Assembly (NCBI GenBank): GCA_963665295.1
Contig: OY762209.1
Coordinates: forward strand, 1,664,001 to 1,728,000
Direction of reading: 5' to 3'
DNA from: Syntrophorhabdaceae bacterium
Lineage (GTDB): Bacteria; Desulfobacterota; Syntrophorhabdia; Syntrophorhabdales; Syntrophorhabdaceae
Length of the DNA: 64,000 bases
The position numbers were made by a program, and so were the translations under genes. Numbering within the stretch: the stretch's first letter is position 1; every line of letters begins with the position of its first letter. The notes beneath the pieces are model-generated. The model ran no database searches. It saw nothing but the letters and a program-made list of their open reading frames with translations, and was not told the DNA's origin. Shown piece after piece: positions 36,957-47,447 of this stretch.

Positions 36957-38329
36957 CGATGGGCCGGTGCCTTGGGTTCCTGGCGGCCGGATGGAGCGGA
37001 TCCTCCCGGAAGGGGCTTCTTTTCCTTGAGGACCTGGAATGTCTCCACCACAGTCCCGTCCGGTCTCAAAACGGTCACGGTCAACGTGTTTCCCGCAATC
37101 TCAAAGCGGGCAAGGTGATAGGTTTTTTCGGCCCGCACCACAAACCGGGCGGAATCGGCGTTGCAGGGCGCGGGATCGGAAAGGGGCGCGCCTCCTCCAC
37201 CCAGGGTAAGGTAGGTGATGCCATAGGCCCCGTTGTCTCTCAGTACATGGGAGTAATAATTTCCGTGCCCCTGTATCACCAGGCGGACGTCTGATTCGGT
37301 CGATTCGATTATGGGGGTGAGCGCGTTTTGCAGGACTTTGGACTGAAAAGCGCAGTCCCAGACGGGGGTGTGGATCATCACGACCTTCCACGGTTTCTTC
37401 GATGCCTTGAGGTCCTGCTTCAGCCAGTCCATCTGCCTCGCATCGGGCAGTTGATCGCCCGGCGCGCCGGGATATGACCATGTATCCACCACCGCGACAT
37501 GGAGGGGGCCGTAGCTGAAAGAGTAATAATAACGATTGCTGAGCTTGTATGTGGCAAAAGGGAGATATTTTCTGAAATACTGTCCTATGTGTTGTTCGAG
37601 GAGGTACTCTTCGCCGAAGGACGCACTGAGGCCCTCGCTTTCCCCGAGCGCCCCCAAGAGAGGGAAATCCCGAAGGCAATTGTTGACGTAAGGGACTTTC
37701 GGGCCGAACAATTCCACGTCCCAGAAGTACTCGGTCAGGCCATAGCTCACATAATCCCCTGAATGGAGGATTATGGTCTGGCGGTGGTCCGGATCGGCAA
37801 GTTTGTCCTCCATGAGCCTTTGCATCAGGCGGTTGTGTGTGTCCGCGCCGTTTCTGCTCCCCCCGTAGCCATAGAATGTAAGGGATGTGGCGGAAGGGTC
37901 GGGGGCCGAAAGAAAGGACCCGGTGAACTGCTCGCCGTCCGCTGTTACGCGCCAGTAATATCTTTGGTCGGGGGAGAGGCCGCCGATCGTGTAGTCGAAC
38001 TGGTGCCCGTCCACGCCCATGCCGCGTTCAATGACAGGGACGGGAGGATGTCCGTAGGAGGGCGAAGGGCCCCACTCGACAGTCGTCTTCCGGGGTGTGC
38101 GCGAAGTCTGCCAGAAAAGGGTCATATTTGTATGCTTGTTGTTGTAGGAAAGATACGGCCCTTTTCTCATGATGGGGGCTGCCTTTGCCGGAGCAGCCGC
38201 TGTCTCGGAGGTCGGCTGCCCATCCTGGCCGGCCGGCTGAGCGTAGGATATCGGCGGGATGAGGCACAGGGCAAGGGCGCAGGCGAGGACGATAAGTCGT
38301 CCCGCGGCCCGGAGATGCTCCCCGTTCAT
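36953..38329 (-). CDS. Secreted purple-acid-phosphatase-like metallophosphoesterase fold protein with degenerate metal motifs
   Basis: Signal peptide, FN3-like N-domain (KGPYL...WQT...GLSPDQRYYWRV), HSGDYV, YYSFSYG, Q.DWL..DL, VMIHTP, LGGGGAPL. Confidence 0.8.
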   Translation of the reverse strand: MNGEHLRAAGRLIVLACALALCLIPPISYAQPAGQDGQPTSETAAAPAKAAPIMRKGPYLSYNNKHTNMTLFWQTSRTPRKTTVEWGPSPSYGHPPVPVIERGMGVDGHQFDYTIGGLSPDQRYYWRVTADGEQFTGSFLSAPDPSATSLTFYGYGGSRNGADTHNRLMQRLMEDKLADPDHRQTIILHSGDYVSYGLTEYFWDVELFGPKVPYVNNCLRDFPLLGALGESEGLSASFGEEYLLEQHIGQYFRKYLPFATYKLSNRYYYSFSYGPLHVAVVDTWSYPGAPGDQLPDARQMDWLKQDLKASKKPWKVVMIHTPVWDCAFQSKVLQNALTPIIESTESDVRLVIQGHGNYYSHVLRDNGAYGITYLTLGGGGAPLSDPAPCNADSARFVVRAEKTYHLARFEIAGNTLTVTVLRPDGTVVETFQVLKEKKPLPGGSAPSGRQEPKAPAHR

Positions 38330-38462
38330 GGGGATACCTTTCTTTGACGCACCCCGGTTCCGAACCTGCCGGAGGGGATCACTTCCGCCGCAACCCGCCC
38401 TGAACCCCGACTTGCTTCGGACGCTTCCGCCCTGTCCCTTCCCATTTCCCCTGTTTCCGCGC

Positions 38463-40223
38463 TTACAGGAAGTACGCGTTCAGGACGTACTGCTGCAGCA
38501 TCCTGTGGGTGTTGAAGAAGGAGCCGTTGAGTGCGATCACGTGGCGCATGACGTCGATAAAGCGGGACCTGTTGTTGTAATACATGGGAATGATCACATC
38601 CTCCAGCTTGGCGTATAGGGACATGGCATCCTCGGTCCGGTCATCTTTTGCGGGGTCCTGCCCCCGCTCACCTATGGACCATCCCGTCACCCCCTCGATG
38701 TGCCCTTCTATCCACCAGCCGTCGAGGATACTCAAAGACGGAACGCCGTTCAGGACAGCCTTCATCCCGCTCGTGCCCGATGCCTCAAGGGGAGGCTGGG
38801 GCGTGTTCAACCACACATCCACCCCCGAGGTAATGAGTCTGCCGAGAGAAAAATCGTAGTTCTCGAGATACACGATCTTTATGCTGTCACGGAGCGATTC
38901 CTTGATTCGGAAAATGTGCTGTATGATCTCCTTTCCCCCCTGATCGTTGGGATGGGCCTTTCCCGCGTAAATGATCTGGATGGGACCAACGTCCCTACAG
39001 ATACTTTTCAGCCTCTCCGTATCCGTGAAGATAAGATCGCCTCTCTTGTAGGGCGCGGCGCGGCGCGCGAAGCCCAGGGTCAGCATATCAGGGTCCATCC
39101 CTTCGTTGGTCGCCCTGTTTACATATTGGAGGAGCCGTCTTTTTGCCGCCATATGGGCCTGCCATAACTCTTCCCTGGGGATGTTGAGCGAAGAGCGGAG
39201 GGAGAAATTATCCTGTCTCCATCCAGGTATGTACTGGTCGAAAAGGTCCTGAAAAGGCCTCGATGTCCAGGTGGCGGCATGGACGCCGTTGGTGATGGCG
39301 TCGATATGGTAACCGGCGAACATGAGGCTCGACACCTCTCCGTGCTTCTTTGCGACGCCGTTCACATAATGGCTCAGGTTCAAGGCGAGATAGGTCATGT
39401 TAAGGGTGAGGTCGCCCGGTGTAATATTGTAGAGGTCGGGAAGTTTCTGACCCGAGGAAAGGATACGGCTGAACACATCCACGCAAAGGACATCCTTGAA
39501 GTCGATGAAATTTTCGTGATGCCCGAGGATCTGATTCACCAAGGCTATAGGAAATTGATCGTGCCCCGCGGGCACGGGCGTATGGGTAGTGAAGATGCAT
39601 TTTTCCCTCACCGCCTCTATATCGTCGTGATTTACGGACTCCCTGCCCGCCTTTTGCGCCTCTTCTTCGAGAAGGGCAAGGGTGAGGAGGCTCGCATGAC
39701 CTTCGTTCATATGGTACCGTTGGATACTGTTGTAGCCCAGGGCTTCGAGCATTCTCACCCCGCCTATGCCGAGGATGGCCTCCTGGCTGAGCCGGTACTT
39801 CGGGTCGCCTCCATAGAGGTAATCGGTGAGCGATCGGACCCACTCAGGGTTTTCCGGGATATTCGTGTCGAGGAAGTATACGGGGACGACATGGCCGGTC
39901 ACGCCCTTGACCTCGTATTTCCATGCCCGTATCTTAATAGGCTGGCCTTCAAGCATCCCTGACGCCCTCTCGTCCATTTCGGACAGTAAATCCCCGACAA
40001 CCCACTCAACCGGCTGCTCCTGTTGCCATCCGCTCGCATCTATCTTTTGATAGAAATATCCTTTGCGGTAAAGGAGACTGATTGCTACCATGGGAAGTCC
40101 GAGGTCCGCCGCAGACCGTATCGTATCGCCTGCAAGGATGCCGAGACCGCCGCTGTAAGTCGGTATTTCCGGATCAACAGCAATCTCCATGGAAAAATAC
40201 GCTATCTTCCTCTCATCTACCAT
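38463..40223 (-). CDS. glgP: Alpha-glucan (glycogen/starch) phosphorylase, short type
   Basis: [41 protein letters not shown]...YKR, AGKAHP, PLP site EASGTSGMK. Confidence 0.95.
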   Translation of the reverse strand: MVDERKIAYFSMEIAVDPEIPTYSGGLGILAGDTIRSAADLGLPMVAISLLYRKGYFYQKIDASGWQQEQPVEWVVGDLLSEMDERASGMLEGQPIKIRAWKYEVKGVTGHVVPVYFLDTNIPENPEWVRSLTDYLYGGDPKYRLSQEAILGIGGVRMLEALGYNSIQRYHMNEGHASLLTLALLEEEAQKAGRESVNHDDIEAVREKCIFTTHTPVPAGHDQFPIALVNQILGHHENFIDFKDVLCVDVFSRILSSGQKLPDLYNITPGDLTLNMTYLALNLSHYVNGVAKKHGEVSSLMFAGYHIDAITNGVHAATWTSRPFQDLFDQYIPGWRQDNFSLRSSLNIPREELWQAHMAAKRRLLQYVNRATNEGMDPDMLTLGFARRAAPYKRGDLIFTDTERLKSICRDVGPIQIIYAGKAHPNDQGGKEIIQHIFRIKESLRDSIKIVYLENYDFSLGRLITSGVDVWLNTPQPPLEASGTSGMKAVLNGVPSLSILDGWWIEGHIEGVTGWSIGERGQDPAKDDRTEDAMSLYAKLEDVIIPMYYNNRSRFIDVMRHVIALNGSFFNTHRMLQQYVLNAYFL

Positions 40224-40331
40224 ATTTTGAACCCCTCCCCTGTTTTTTTGTCCCCTTGGTGCATCTCCTCCATTTTAAACTCTTTACACGGAATTTGAAA
40301 GATTTTGTACACCCCGCCGATCACTTTTCTT

Positions 40332-42914
40332 TCACCCCTCCATGGGTCCGGGCCTGTCGAGAATCCGGCGCACTTTGTGGAGGAGTTCGTGGGGAGACAG
40401 GGGTTTCGGGATGAAGTCAAATTGGCCTTCCTCGACACCCTTGTCAAGTACAACGTCCGTCGTATATCCGCTCATGAAGAGGGTCGGCACACCGGGCCGC
40501 AGCTTCTGTATGTCGTCGTAAGCCTCCCTCCCGTTCTTCTTCGGCATGACGGAATCCATAACTACGAGGGAAATGCCTTCGCTCTCCTCGAACTTTCTCA
40601 CCGCGTCGTGGCCGTCCACAGCAACAACCACTTCGTAGCCGTACTGGGCGAGGATGTCGGTGAGGAGGACGCGCACGTGCTCGTTGTCCTCGGCCACGAG
40701 TATCTTCTCCTTTCCTCTTGTGAGGAAAGAAGGGGAGATACGTTTCTTTTCGGCCGCGGTCTTCACTGCGGGAAAGTAGATATGGAAAACGCATCCCCGG
40801 CCTATCCCGGTATGCACGGTGATATACCCGCCATGTTGCTTGACGATCCCATAGACGGTGGAGAGGCCGAGTCCCGTACCCTTGCCCACGTCTTTGGTGG
40901 TGAAAAAGGGGTCGAAGATCTTTTCCTTTGTCTCCTCATCCATGCCGATTCCCGTATCGGCGACAGTGATGAGTGCGTATTGTCCCGTTTCTCCGAACCC
41001 GTGAACGAGCATGAATTCCCTGTCCAGTTCCACCTTCTTTGTGGTGATCGTGATGGTGCCGCCCCCAGGCATGGCGTCCCGCGCGTTGCCCACGAGGTTG
41101 AAAAGTATCTGGTCGATCTGCGTGGAGTCGGCCATGACTACCATATCTTCGTCGCCGAGGTGGGTTACGAGAGTGATATCCTCGGTGAGGAGCCTCGTGA
41201 GAAGGTTCCGCGTGTCACGGACAACAGTGTTCACATCCTGGGGATTCAACGTGATGGGCTGCCTCCTGCTGAAGGCGAGAAGGCTTTGGGTGAGGCTCGC
41301 CGCCTTATGGGACGCGGAGAGTATCTGGTCCGCATAGAGCTTAAGGGGGTTGCCTTCCCCCAGCTTCATCTGAAGAAGGGTCCCGTATCCCGTGAGGGCG
41401 GTAAGGATGTTGTTAAAATCGTGGGCGATGCCGCCTGCAAGGGTTCCTATGGCCTCCATCTTCTGGGACTGGCGGAGCTGGGATTCGAGGGTCACTTCTT
41501 TGGTGATATCGATGAGAGTGCCGAAAGCGGCGGGCCGTCCGTTGTAAGTGAAATAGCCCCCGAGGAACTTTACCGTAATGACCTTGCCATCTTTCCTGAC
41601 GGCCTTGATCTCATGTTCATTATCTATGGTTTCACCCTCCAGCTGCCTTCTCAGGTTGAGCCGCATCCTCTCCAGTTCATCGGGATGGACGAGGTTCAGA
41701 GGGCTCAAGGTGTCGACAATCTCCTCGTAGGAGTATCCGAAAAGGGTGCAGAACCGTGTGTTGACGAAGCGGAACAGGTCGTCCTGTACGACGTAGGATG
41801 CGACGAGAGAGCTTTCCACTACGCTCCGGTACTTCATCTCCGATTCATGAAGGGCGATTTCGGCCAATTTCCGCTTGGTAATGTCTTCCACGCTTCCCTC
41901 GAAATATGCGATCTCCCCGTTTTCGTCCCGGACCGTGTGGGCATTTATGGAGACCCACACAGTCGCCCCGTCCCTGCGGTGGAACTGTGTCTCGAAGCCT
42001 TCCATGCATCCTTGTTCTTCAAGGGCCTTCCGCATCTGCGCCCGGTTTTCCGGTTCGACCCAGAACCGTCTTCCCTCGTCGTGGTAATCGCTTTCGATCA
42101 GTTCGCGCGGAGACTCGTAGCCCCCCATGCGGGCCATGGAAGGGTTGACGCTCTTTATCGTCCCCGACGGGGTGACCTGAAAGATGCCTTCCTTTGCGTG
42201 CTCGAAGATGGCGCGGTACTGCGCCTCGCTCCTCCTCAGCTCGTTTTCCGCCGCGGTCCTCATGGATATTTCCGAATGAAGCCGCTCATTCATATCCTTC
42301 ATATCCTGAAGAGACCGGGCCATTCTCAGGTGCATACTGTTCACCGCGAGAATGAGGGGGATGACATACATGAGAAAAGAGGCGATTTGCACGACCCACA
42401 CCGTGGGCGTCGAAATGTATGCGGCCACGTCGGGCCTGGTGGCGATCACGCCTGTACATATGCCGGCGCCGATGAGGGACGCGGTGAGGGCGCCGATACC
42501 CACCGCTATTATCCCTGCCTTTATGCCGAGAAAGACCCCCGCAAAGGTGCAGAGCACGGTCAGGCTCAGCATGCCTTTGCTCGCGAGCCCCATCATAACA
42601 AGGGAATGGACGACGGTCACCGAAACAAGTCCCGCCATGGCGAAAAACATCCAGAGGGCAGGCAGGCGCCTGCGGAGCAGCAGTATGGCTATGGCGACGA
42701 GATAGAGACCTATGTGGAGCACAAGCACAGGATACCAGCCGTAGTGACGCGAACCTATGAGGGAAGCGACGAGGGCGATGCCCCCGAATACCATGCCCAC
42801 GGGATACATGATGTCAAAGAAACGGGTCAGCGCTATGCGCAGTTCCTCGCGAAGATTATGAAACACGGCAGGGTTATCCGATCTGCATGCAGGTCTGTCT
42901 GTGTCCGGCCTCAT
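40332..42914 (-). CDS. Membrane-bound hybrid histidine kinase (multi-TM, 2 PAS, HisKA, HATPase, REC)
   Basis: Hydrophobic N-terminus, two PAS domains, [31 protein letters not shown]-terminal receiver. Confidence 0.9.
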   Translation of the reverse strand: MRPDTDRPACRSDNPAVFHNLREELRIALTRFFDIMYPVGMVFGGIALVASLIGSRHYGWYPVLVLHIGLYLVAIAILLLRRRLPALWMFFAMAGLVSVTVVHSLVMMGLASKGMLSLTVLCTFAGVFLGIKAGIIAVGIGALTASLIGAGICTGVIATRPDVAAYISTPTVWVVQIASFLMYVIPLILAVNSMHLRMARSLQDMKDMNERLHSEISMRTAAENELRRSEAQYRAIFEHAKEGIFQVTPSGTIKSVNPSMARMGGYESPRELIESDYHDEGRRFWVEPENRAQMRKALEEQGCMEGFETQFHRRDGATVWVSINAHTVRDENGEIAYFEGSVEDITKRKLAEIALHESEMKYRSVVESSLVASYVVQDDLFRFVNTRFCTLFGYSYEEIVDTLSPLNLVHPDELERMRLNLRRQLEGETIDNEHEIKAVRKDGKVITVKFLGGYFTYNGRPAAFGTLIDITKEVTLESQLRQSQKMEAIGTLAGGIAHDFNNILTALTGYGTLLQMKLGEGNPLKLYADQILSASHKAASLTQSLLAFSRRQPITLNPQDVNTVVRDTRNLLTRLLTEDITLVTHLGDEDMVVMADSTQIDQILFNLVGNARDAMPGGGTITITTKKVELDREFMLVHGFGETGQYALITVADTGIGMDEETKEKIFDPFFTTKDVGKGTGLGLSTVYGIVKQHGGYITVHTGIGRGCVFHIYFPAVKTAAEKKRISPSFLTRGKEKILVAEDNEHVRVLLTDILAQYGYEVVVAVDGHDAVRKFEESEGISLVVMDSVMPKKNGREAYDDIQKLRPGVPTLFMSGYTTDVVLDKGVEEGQFDFIPKPLSPHELLHKVRRILDRPGPMEG

Positions 42915-42969
42915 GACTGCCCCCCCTCATGACGAAGAAACTCCTTGCACTCTATGGTTCAATATATGG

Positions 42970-42996
42970 TAATCGGCAGGACTGCGAAAATCCTGA
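42970..42996 (-). promoter_or_regulatory. Possible sigma28-type promoter for the hybrid kinase
   Basis: Minus strand TCAGGATT-N11-GCCGATTA. Confidence 0.45.
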
Positions 42997-43077
42997 AGCC
43001 TTTGCGTGCAGGTTTGTCGGACAAACAGTCGGGGAATGACGCCGCAGGGCATCACCCGCCCACCTGTTTGTCCGGGG

Positions 43078-43101
43078 TTCACCGCATATTTTTGCGGTGA
43101 A
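43078..43101 (-). terminator. Hairpin just downstream of the GGGtGRT gene
   Basis: TTCACCGCA-TATTTT-TGCGGTGAA, 9-bp stem. Weak U tract. Confidence 0.5.
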
Positions 43102-43117
43102 TTTCATCCTGGGCAGA

Positions 43118-44113
43118 TTAACCTGCCTGTTCCACTGCCACTGCCACTGCCACCGTGGCGCCTACCATGGGGTTGTTTCCCATACCGAGAAATCCCATCA
43201 TCTCCACGTGCGCGGGTACGGAGGACGAACCGGCGAACTGGGCGTCGCTGTGCATCCGTCCCATGGTGTCCGTCATGCCGTATGAGGCGGGGCCGGAACC
43301 CATGTTGTCGGGATGGAGCGTCCTCCCTGTGCCGCCGCCGGAGGCTACGGAAAAATACCGTTTCTTCGCCTCATTGCATTCCTTCTTGTAAGTGCCCGCC
43401 ACGGGATGCTGGAACCGTGTGGGGTTGGTCGAGTTGCCTGTGATGGAGACGTCAACATTTTCATTATGCATGATGGCGACGCCTTCCCTCACGTCGTCCG
43501 CCCCATAGCAGTTTACCGCGGCCTTCTCACCCTTTGAATAGGCCTTGCGTTCCACGATCTCGAGTTGCCCGGAGTAATAATCGAATTTTGTCCTCACATA
43601 GGTGAACCCGTTTATCCTCGCGATGATCTGGGCCGCATCCTTCCCGAGGCCGTTCAGAATAACCTTCAGGGGTTCTTTCCGCACCTTGTTTGCCGACTTG
43701 GCAATGCCTATGGCGCCTTCGGCGGCGGCGAAAGACTCGTGACCCGCGAGAAAGGCGAAACATTTCGTATCCTCCCTGAGGAGCATGGCAGCGAGGTTGC
43801 CGTGACCCAGCCCCACTTTCCGGTCGTCCGCGACGGAGCCGGGTATGCAGAAGGACTGCAACCCCTCACCTATGGCCTCGGCGGCATCGGCCGCCTTGGT
43901 ACAGCCTTTTTTTATGGCGAGGGCCGCGCCCACCACGTAGGCCCACCCCGCGTTCTCGAAGGAAATGGGCTGAATCTCCTTGGCGATCGTGTATGGGTCT
44001 ATCCCTTTGCCGTCGCACAACTGTTTTGCTTCCTCCAGGGAGGCGATGCCGTATTTATTCAATGTTTTGGTGATCTGCTCTATCCTTCTATCGTAATTTT
44101 CGAACAATGCCAT
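43118..44113 (-). CDS. GGGtGRT family protein
   Basis: Literal SGGGTGRTLHPDN motif, AGHESFAAAEGA, TGNSTNPTRFQHP. Confidence 0.92.
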   Translation of the reverse strand: MALFENYDRRIEQITKTLNKYGIASLEEAKQLCDGKGIDPYTIAKEIQPISFENAGWAYVVGAALAIKKGCTKAADAAEAIGEGLQSFCIPGSVADDRKVGLGHGNLAAMLLREDTKCFAFLAGHESFAAAEGAIGIAKSANKVRKEPLKVILNGLGKDAAQIIARINGFTYVRTKFDYYSGQLEIVERKAYSKGEKAAVNCYGADDVREGVAIMHNENVDVSITGNSTNPTRFQHPVAGTYKKECNEAKKRYFSVASGGGTGRTLHPDNMGSGPASYGMTDTMGRMHSDAQFAGSSSVPAHVEMMGFLGMGNNPMVGATVAVAVAVEQAG

Positions 44114-44125
44114 ATCCTGCCCTCC

Positions 44126-44818
44126 TCATTCATGTCTTGGATCGATTAATCGCTTCGCTTCGGCAACGCGGCCGTATGCGCCGGACGCCTTCTTGAGCGC
44201 CTCATTGGCATCCATGCCTTTTGCGATCATGTCCATCATCCTGCCCAGACTCACGAATTCGTAGCCGATTATTTCATTGTCCTCGTCGAGGGCGATCTTT
44301 GTCACGTAGCCTTCGGCCATTTCCAGGTACCTCGGGCCTTTGGCCACAGTGCCGTACATGGTGCCTATCTGGCTGCGGAGTCCCTTGCCCAGGTCTTCGA
44401 GGCCTGCCCCTATGGGAAGGCCACCCTCAGAGAAGGCGGACTGACTTCTTCCGTAGGTGATCTGGAGAAAAAGTTCCCTCATGGCCGTGTTGATGGCATC
44501 GCACACCAGGTCTGTATTCAAAGCTTCGAGGATTGTTTTGCCCGGCAATATCTCGGCGGACATGGCGGCCGAGTGGGTCATGCCCGAACAGCCGATAGTT
44601 TCGACCAGGGCCTCCTGGATGACGCCGTCCTTCACGTTCAGGGTCAGCTTGCAGCCGCCCTGCTGCGGGGCGCACCAGCCTATGCCGTGGGTGAAGCCGG
44701 ATATGTCTTTCACCTCTTTTACCTTGGTCCACTTCCCTTCCTGCGGTATTGCCGCCGGGCCGTGATCCGCACCTTTTGTTACAGAACACATATTCTGTAC
44801 CTCATGTGAGTAAATCAT
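44126..44818 (-). CDS. NifU/IscU-like scaffold protein (GGGtGRT partner)
   Basis: GWCAPQQG.CKL.LNVK.G.I.EALVETIGCSGMTHS...LVCDAIN. Directly upstream of GGGtGRT. Confidence 0.85.
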   Translation of the reverse strand: MIYSHEVQNMCSVTKGADHGPAAIPQEGKWTKVKEVKDISGFTHGIGWCAPQQGGCKLTLNVKDGVIQEALVETIGCSGMTHSAAMSAEILPGKTILEALNTDLVCDAINTAMRELFLQITYGRSQSAFSEGGLPIGAGLEDLGKGLRSQIGTMYGTVAKGPRYLEMAEGYVTKIALDEDNEIIGYEFVSLGRMMDMIAKGMDANEALKKASGAYGRVAEAKRLIDPRHE

Positions 44819-45091
44819 ACGTCTCTATCTCCCTCCTGTTGATATAATTTCCCGTGATCCGTGTTTCCCGGACAGGCCTGTCCCATCATGCCATGAAACC
44901 GCCCAGTGTAATATAATAATGGGAAATAAGCATCAATTTAAAGAAAAAACGTAAAGGAATGTGGAAAACCCCGGTCCGGGCGGCCCTGATCGTTTTTGGG
45001 GGCGGGTGATCACTCATTCAGACTTCCATTGACAAACCCGGTGCACTGTAATAAGAGAAGGTATGAGGCGCACTGATGATGGGCAGGGCCC

Positions 45092-45898
45092 ATGACGGAT
45101 GTCGGAGTCTATTCATATTTCGGTTATAGCCTTCCCTTCGACGAACGGCTGGAAACCATAAGGCAGGCCGGTTTCAGGATCACTTCCATCGGCCTCGGCG
45201 AAGAAGAAGAGCTTGTGCGGGCCGGCCGTGAGGACGAAATGCCCGGCCGGGCGCGGTCAAAGGGACTCTTCGTCGAATACGCCCATGCTCCGGACGACCT
45301 CTGCAACAAGCTCTGGTCCGACTGCGGGGAGGAGAGGCGGGAGACAAGGAGGAAATACGTCTCCTATGTCAATTTCTGCGAAAAACATTCCATACCGACC
45401 CTCGTGGTCCATGTAAGCAGGAGCAAGGGCGACCAGCCTGCGCCGCCGGGTGTTGAGGGGCTGCAGGTCCTTGAGTATCTGGTGAAACATGGCGAAGGCT
45501 CGAATGTGAGGATTGCCGTAGAGAACACGCAGAAGCCGGAGTACCTCGATTACCTCTTTTCCCGGATCAGTTCCCCCTGTTTCGGGCTATGCTACGACAC
45601 TTCCCATGACTTCCTCTACAGCCCCCAGCCTGGCCTCCTCCTCGAACGATGGGGTCACCTGCTCCTTGCCACCCACATTTCGGACAATGACGGTCTGGCC
45701 GACAGGCACTGGCTTCCAAAAGAGGGCGTGGTCGATTGGAACAAAGTGAAGGCCTGCTTCCCTCTCAAAACGTATGCAGGTTCGTTGAACCTGGAAATCT
45801 TTCCGAAAGCCCCTGAAAGCGAAAGCCCCCTCGGTTTTCTGAAAAGGGCTCATGAGAGGATTACGTGGGTAGAGGACATGTTGCGTGCCGGGCGGTGA
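45092..45898 (+). CDS. Sugar phosphate isomerase/epimerase (AP endonuclease 2) TIM-barrel protein
   Basis: LVVH, IAVEN, CYDTSH, HISDN...DRH..P.EG..DW, LEI motifs. Confidence 0.85.
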   Translation: MTDVGVYSYFGYSLPFDERLETIRQAGFRITSIGLGEEEELVRAGREDEMPGRARSKGLFVEYAHAPDDLCNKLWSDCGEERRETRRKYVSYVNFCEKHSIPTLVVHVSRSKGDQPAPPGVEGLQVLEYLVKHGEGSNVRIAVENTQKPEYLDYLFSRISSPCFGLCYDTSHDFLYSPQPGLLLERWGHLLLATHISDNDGLADRHWLPKEGVVDWNKVKACFPLKTYAGSLNLEIFPKAPESESPLGFLKRAHERITWVEDMLRAGR

Positions 45899-45954
45899 CC
45901 CGGTTTCCTCATGAAGGGGAATTTACCCCCACCCTTTGAGTACCCCTGGCTGCA

Positions 45955-47334
45955 TCAGCTCCAAATTTTCCCTGGATTCATGATATTGTGGGGATCGATC
46001 AGGTTTTTGATCTTCTTCATGAAATGTATCGCCACGGGATCAACGTATTTCGTGAAGAACTTTGCCTTTTCAAGACCTATCCCATGCTCCCCCGAGATCA
46101 CGCCGCCGAGGCCAAGGGCGGTTTCAAAGATTTCATCCATTGCCCGGATGGCCCGACTGTAGTGCCCGGTGTCGGTGATGTCGGTGAGGATGGCAGGATG
46201 CAGATTGCCATCCCCCGCATGGCCCAGGACGACGATCTGCAAATTGTGCCGTCGTGCGAGTTCTTTGCATTTTTCCGCCAGTTCCGGTATCCTGCCCCTC
46301 GGGACCGTAACGTCTTCCGCCAGGACCGTTTTGGCGGCTCCGAACACGGCGGCGAAGCCTGCTTTTCTGCCCATCCAGTATCTGTCGGCTTCATGGGCGT
46401 CTTTTGCCACTCTTACTTCCCGGGCACCATATGCGGCGGCTATTTCGGCGATCTTGCCGGTTTCCTGCCGGACCGCTTCGCGTTGGCCGTCGGTCTCCAC
46501 GAGAAGCACCGCGTCCGCATCCCGGGGCAGTCCTATTTGCATCATATCTTCGAATTTGTTTATGACCCAATTGTCGATAAACTCGATCTTTGCCGGAACG
46601 ACCCCGTTTTCAAGGATTCTGAAAACCGCTTCCCCGGCCGCCTTCGAATCGTTGAATACCCCCACGATTGTGTTTTTTGCAGGGGGAACCCTCATAATTT
46701 TCAATTCTGCTTGTGTAATCACACCGAGGGTTCCCTCGGAACCGATAAACAGGTGAAGCAGGTCATAACCGACTACGTTGTTCAGCGTTTTGCCTCCCAA
46801 ATGAACGGTTTCGCCTGTGGGGAGCACCACCTCGATGCCGAGGACGTATTGTTTGGTCACTCCGTATTTCAGGCAGGCCGGCCCTCCGGCATTTTCGGCG
46901 ATCATGCCTCCGAGGGTTGCGCTAAGCATGCTTTGAGGATCGGGCGGGAAGAAGAGCCCCTCCTTTGCGAGGGCCAGATTCAGATGCTGCAGGACTACTC
47001 CCGGTTCAACGCCGACGGTCATGCCCTCCGTGTCGATGTTCAGGATTCTGTTCATCCCGGCGACACACAGGACGATGCCGCCCTGAATGGGAACGGGACC
47101 CCCGCTAAGGCAGGTGCCTGCGCCGCGAGGCGTAACCGGAATCCTTGCTGCGCCGGCGATCTTCATCACCGACGCCACCTGCCGGACCGTCGTCGGGAAG
47201 AGGACCACGTCCGGTTCTTTCACCCAACTTGTCGTACCATCGTAGGAGTAGGCTTTCAAGGCCTCTCCGGAAAGAAGAATATTTTCCTTACCGACTGTTT
47301 CCGTAAGTTTCTTCAGTGTATCTTTTCCAATCAT
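45955..47334 (-). CDS. FAD-linked oxidoreductase, GlcD/D-lactate dehydrogenase family
   Basis: PRGAGT.LSGG, FFPPDP, NAGG...LKYGVT, GSEGTLG, GHAGDGNLHP, GEHGIG, NPGK. AGGAGG RBS before ATG 47334. Confidence 0.9.
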   Translation of the reverse strand: MIGKDTLKKLTETVGKENILLSGEALKAYSYDGTTSWVKEPDVVLFPTTVRQVASVMKIAGAARIPVTPRGAGTCLSGGPVPIQGGIVLCVAGMNRILNIDTEGMTVGVEPGVVLQHLNLALAKEGLFFPPDPQSMLSATLGGMIAENAGGPACLKYGVTKQYVLGIEVVLPTGETVHLGGKTLNNVVGYDLLHLFIGSEGTLGVITQAELKIMRVPPAKNTIVGVFNDSKAAGEAVFRILENGVVPAKIEFIDNWVINKFEDMMQIGLPRDADAVLLVETDGQREAVRQETGKIAEIAAAYGAREVRVAKDAHEADRYWMGRKAGFAAVFGAAKTVLAEDVTVPRGRIPELAEKCKELARRHNLQIVVLGHAGDGNLHPAILTDITDTGHYSRAIRAMDEIFETALGLGGVISGEHGIGLEKAKFFTKYVDPVAIHFMKKIKNLIDPHNIMNPGKIWS

Positions 47335-47447
47335 CCGAGGCCTCCTGCTCTTAAAGGGTGTCTGAAGTCCTTGATGAAGTATAGAAAAGGAACGAATTGC
47401 ATGACAATCACCCGAATGGGTGATATGAGGCAAGAAAAGAGGGGATA

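Noticed and set aside
40305..42932. 875-aa plus-strand ORF
   Set aside because: Antisense shadow of the hybrid kinase. No motifs. Such shadows are common in GC-rich coding DNA.
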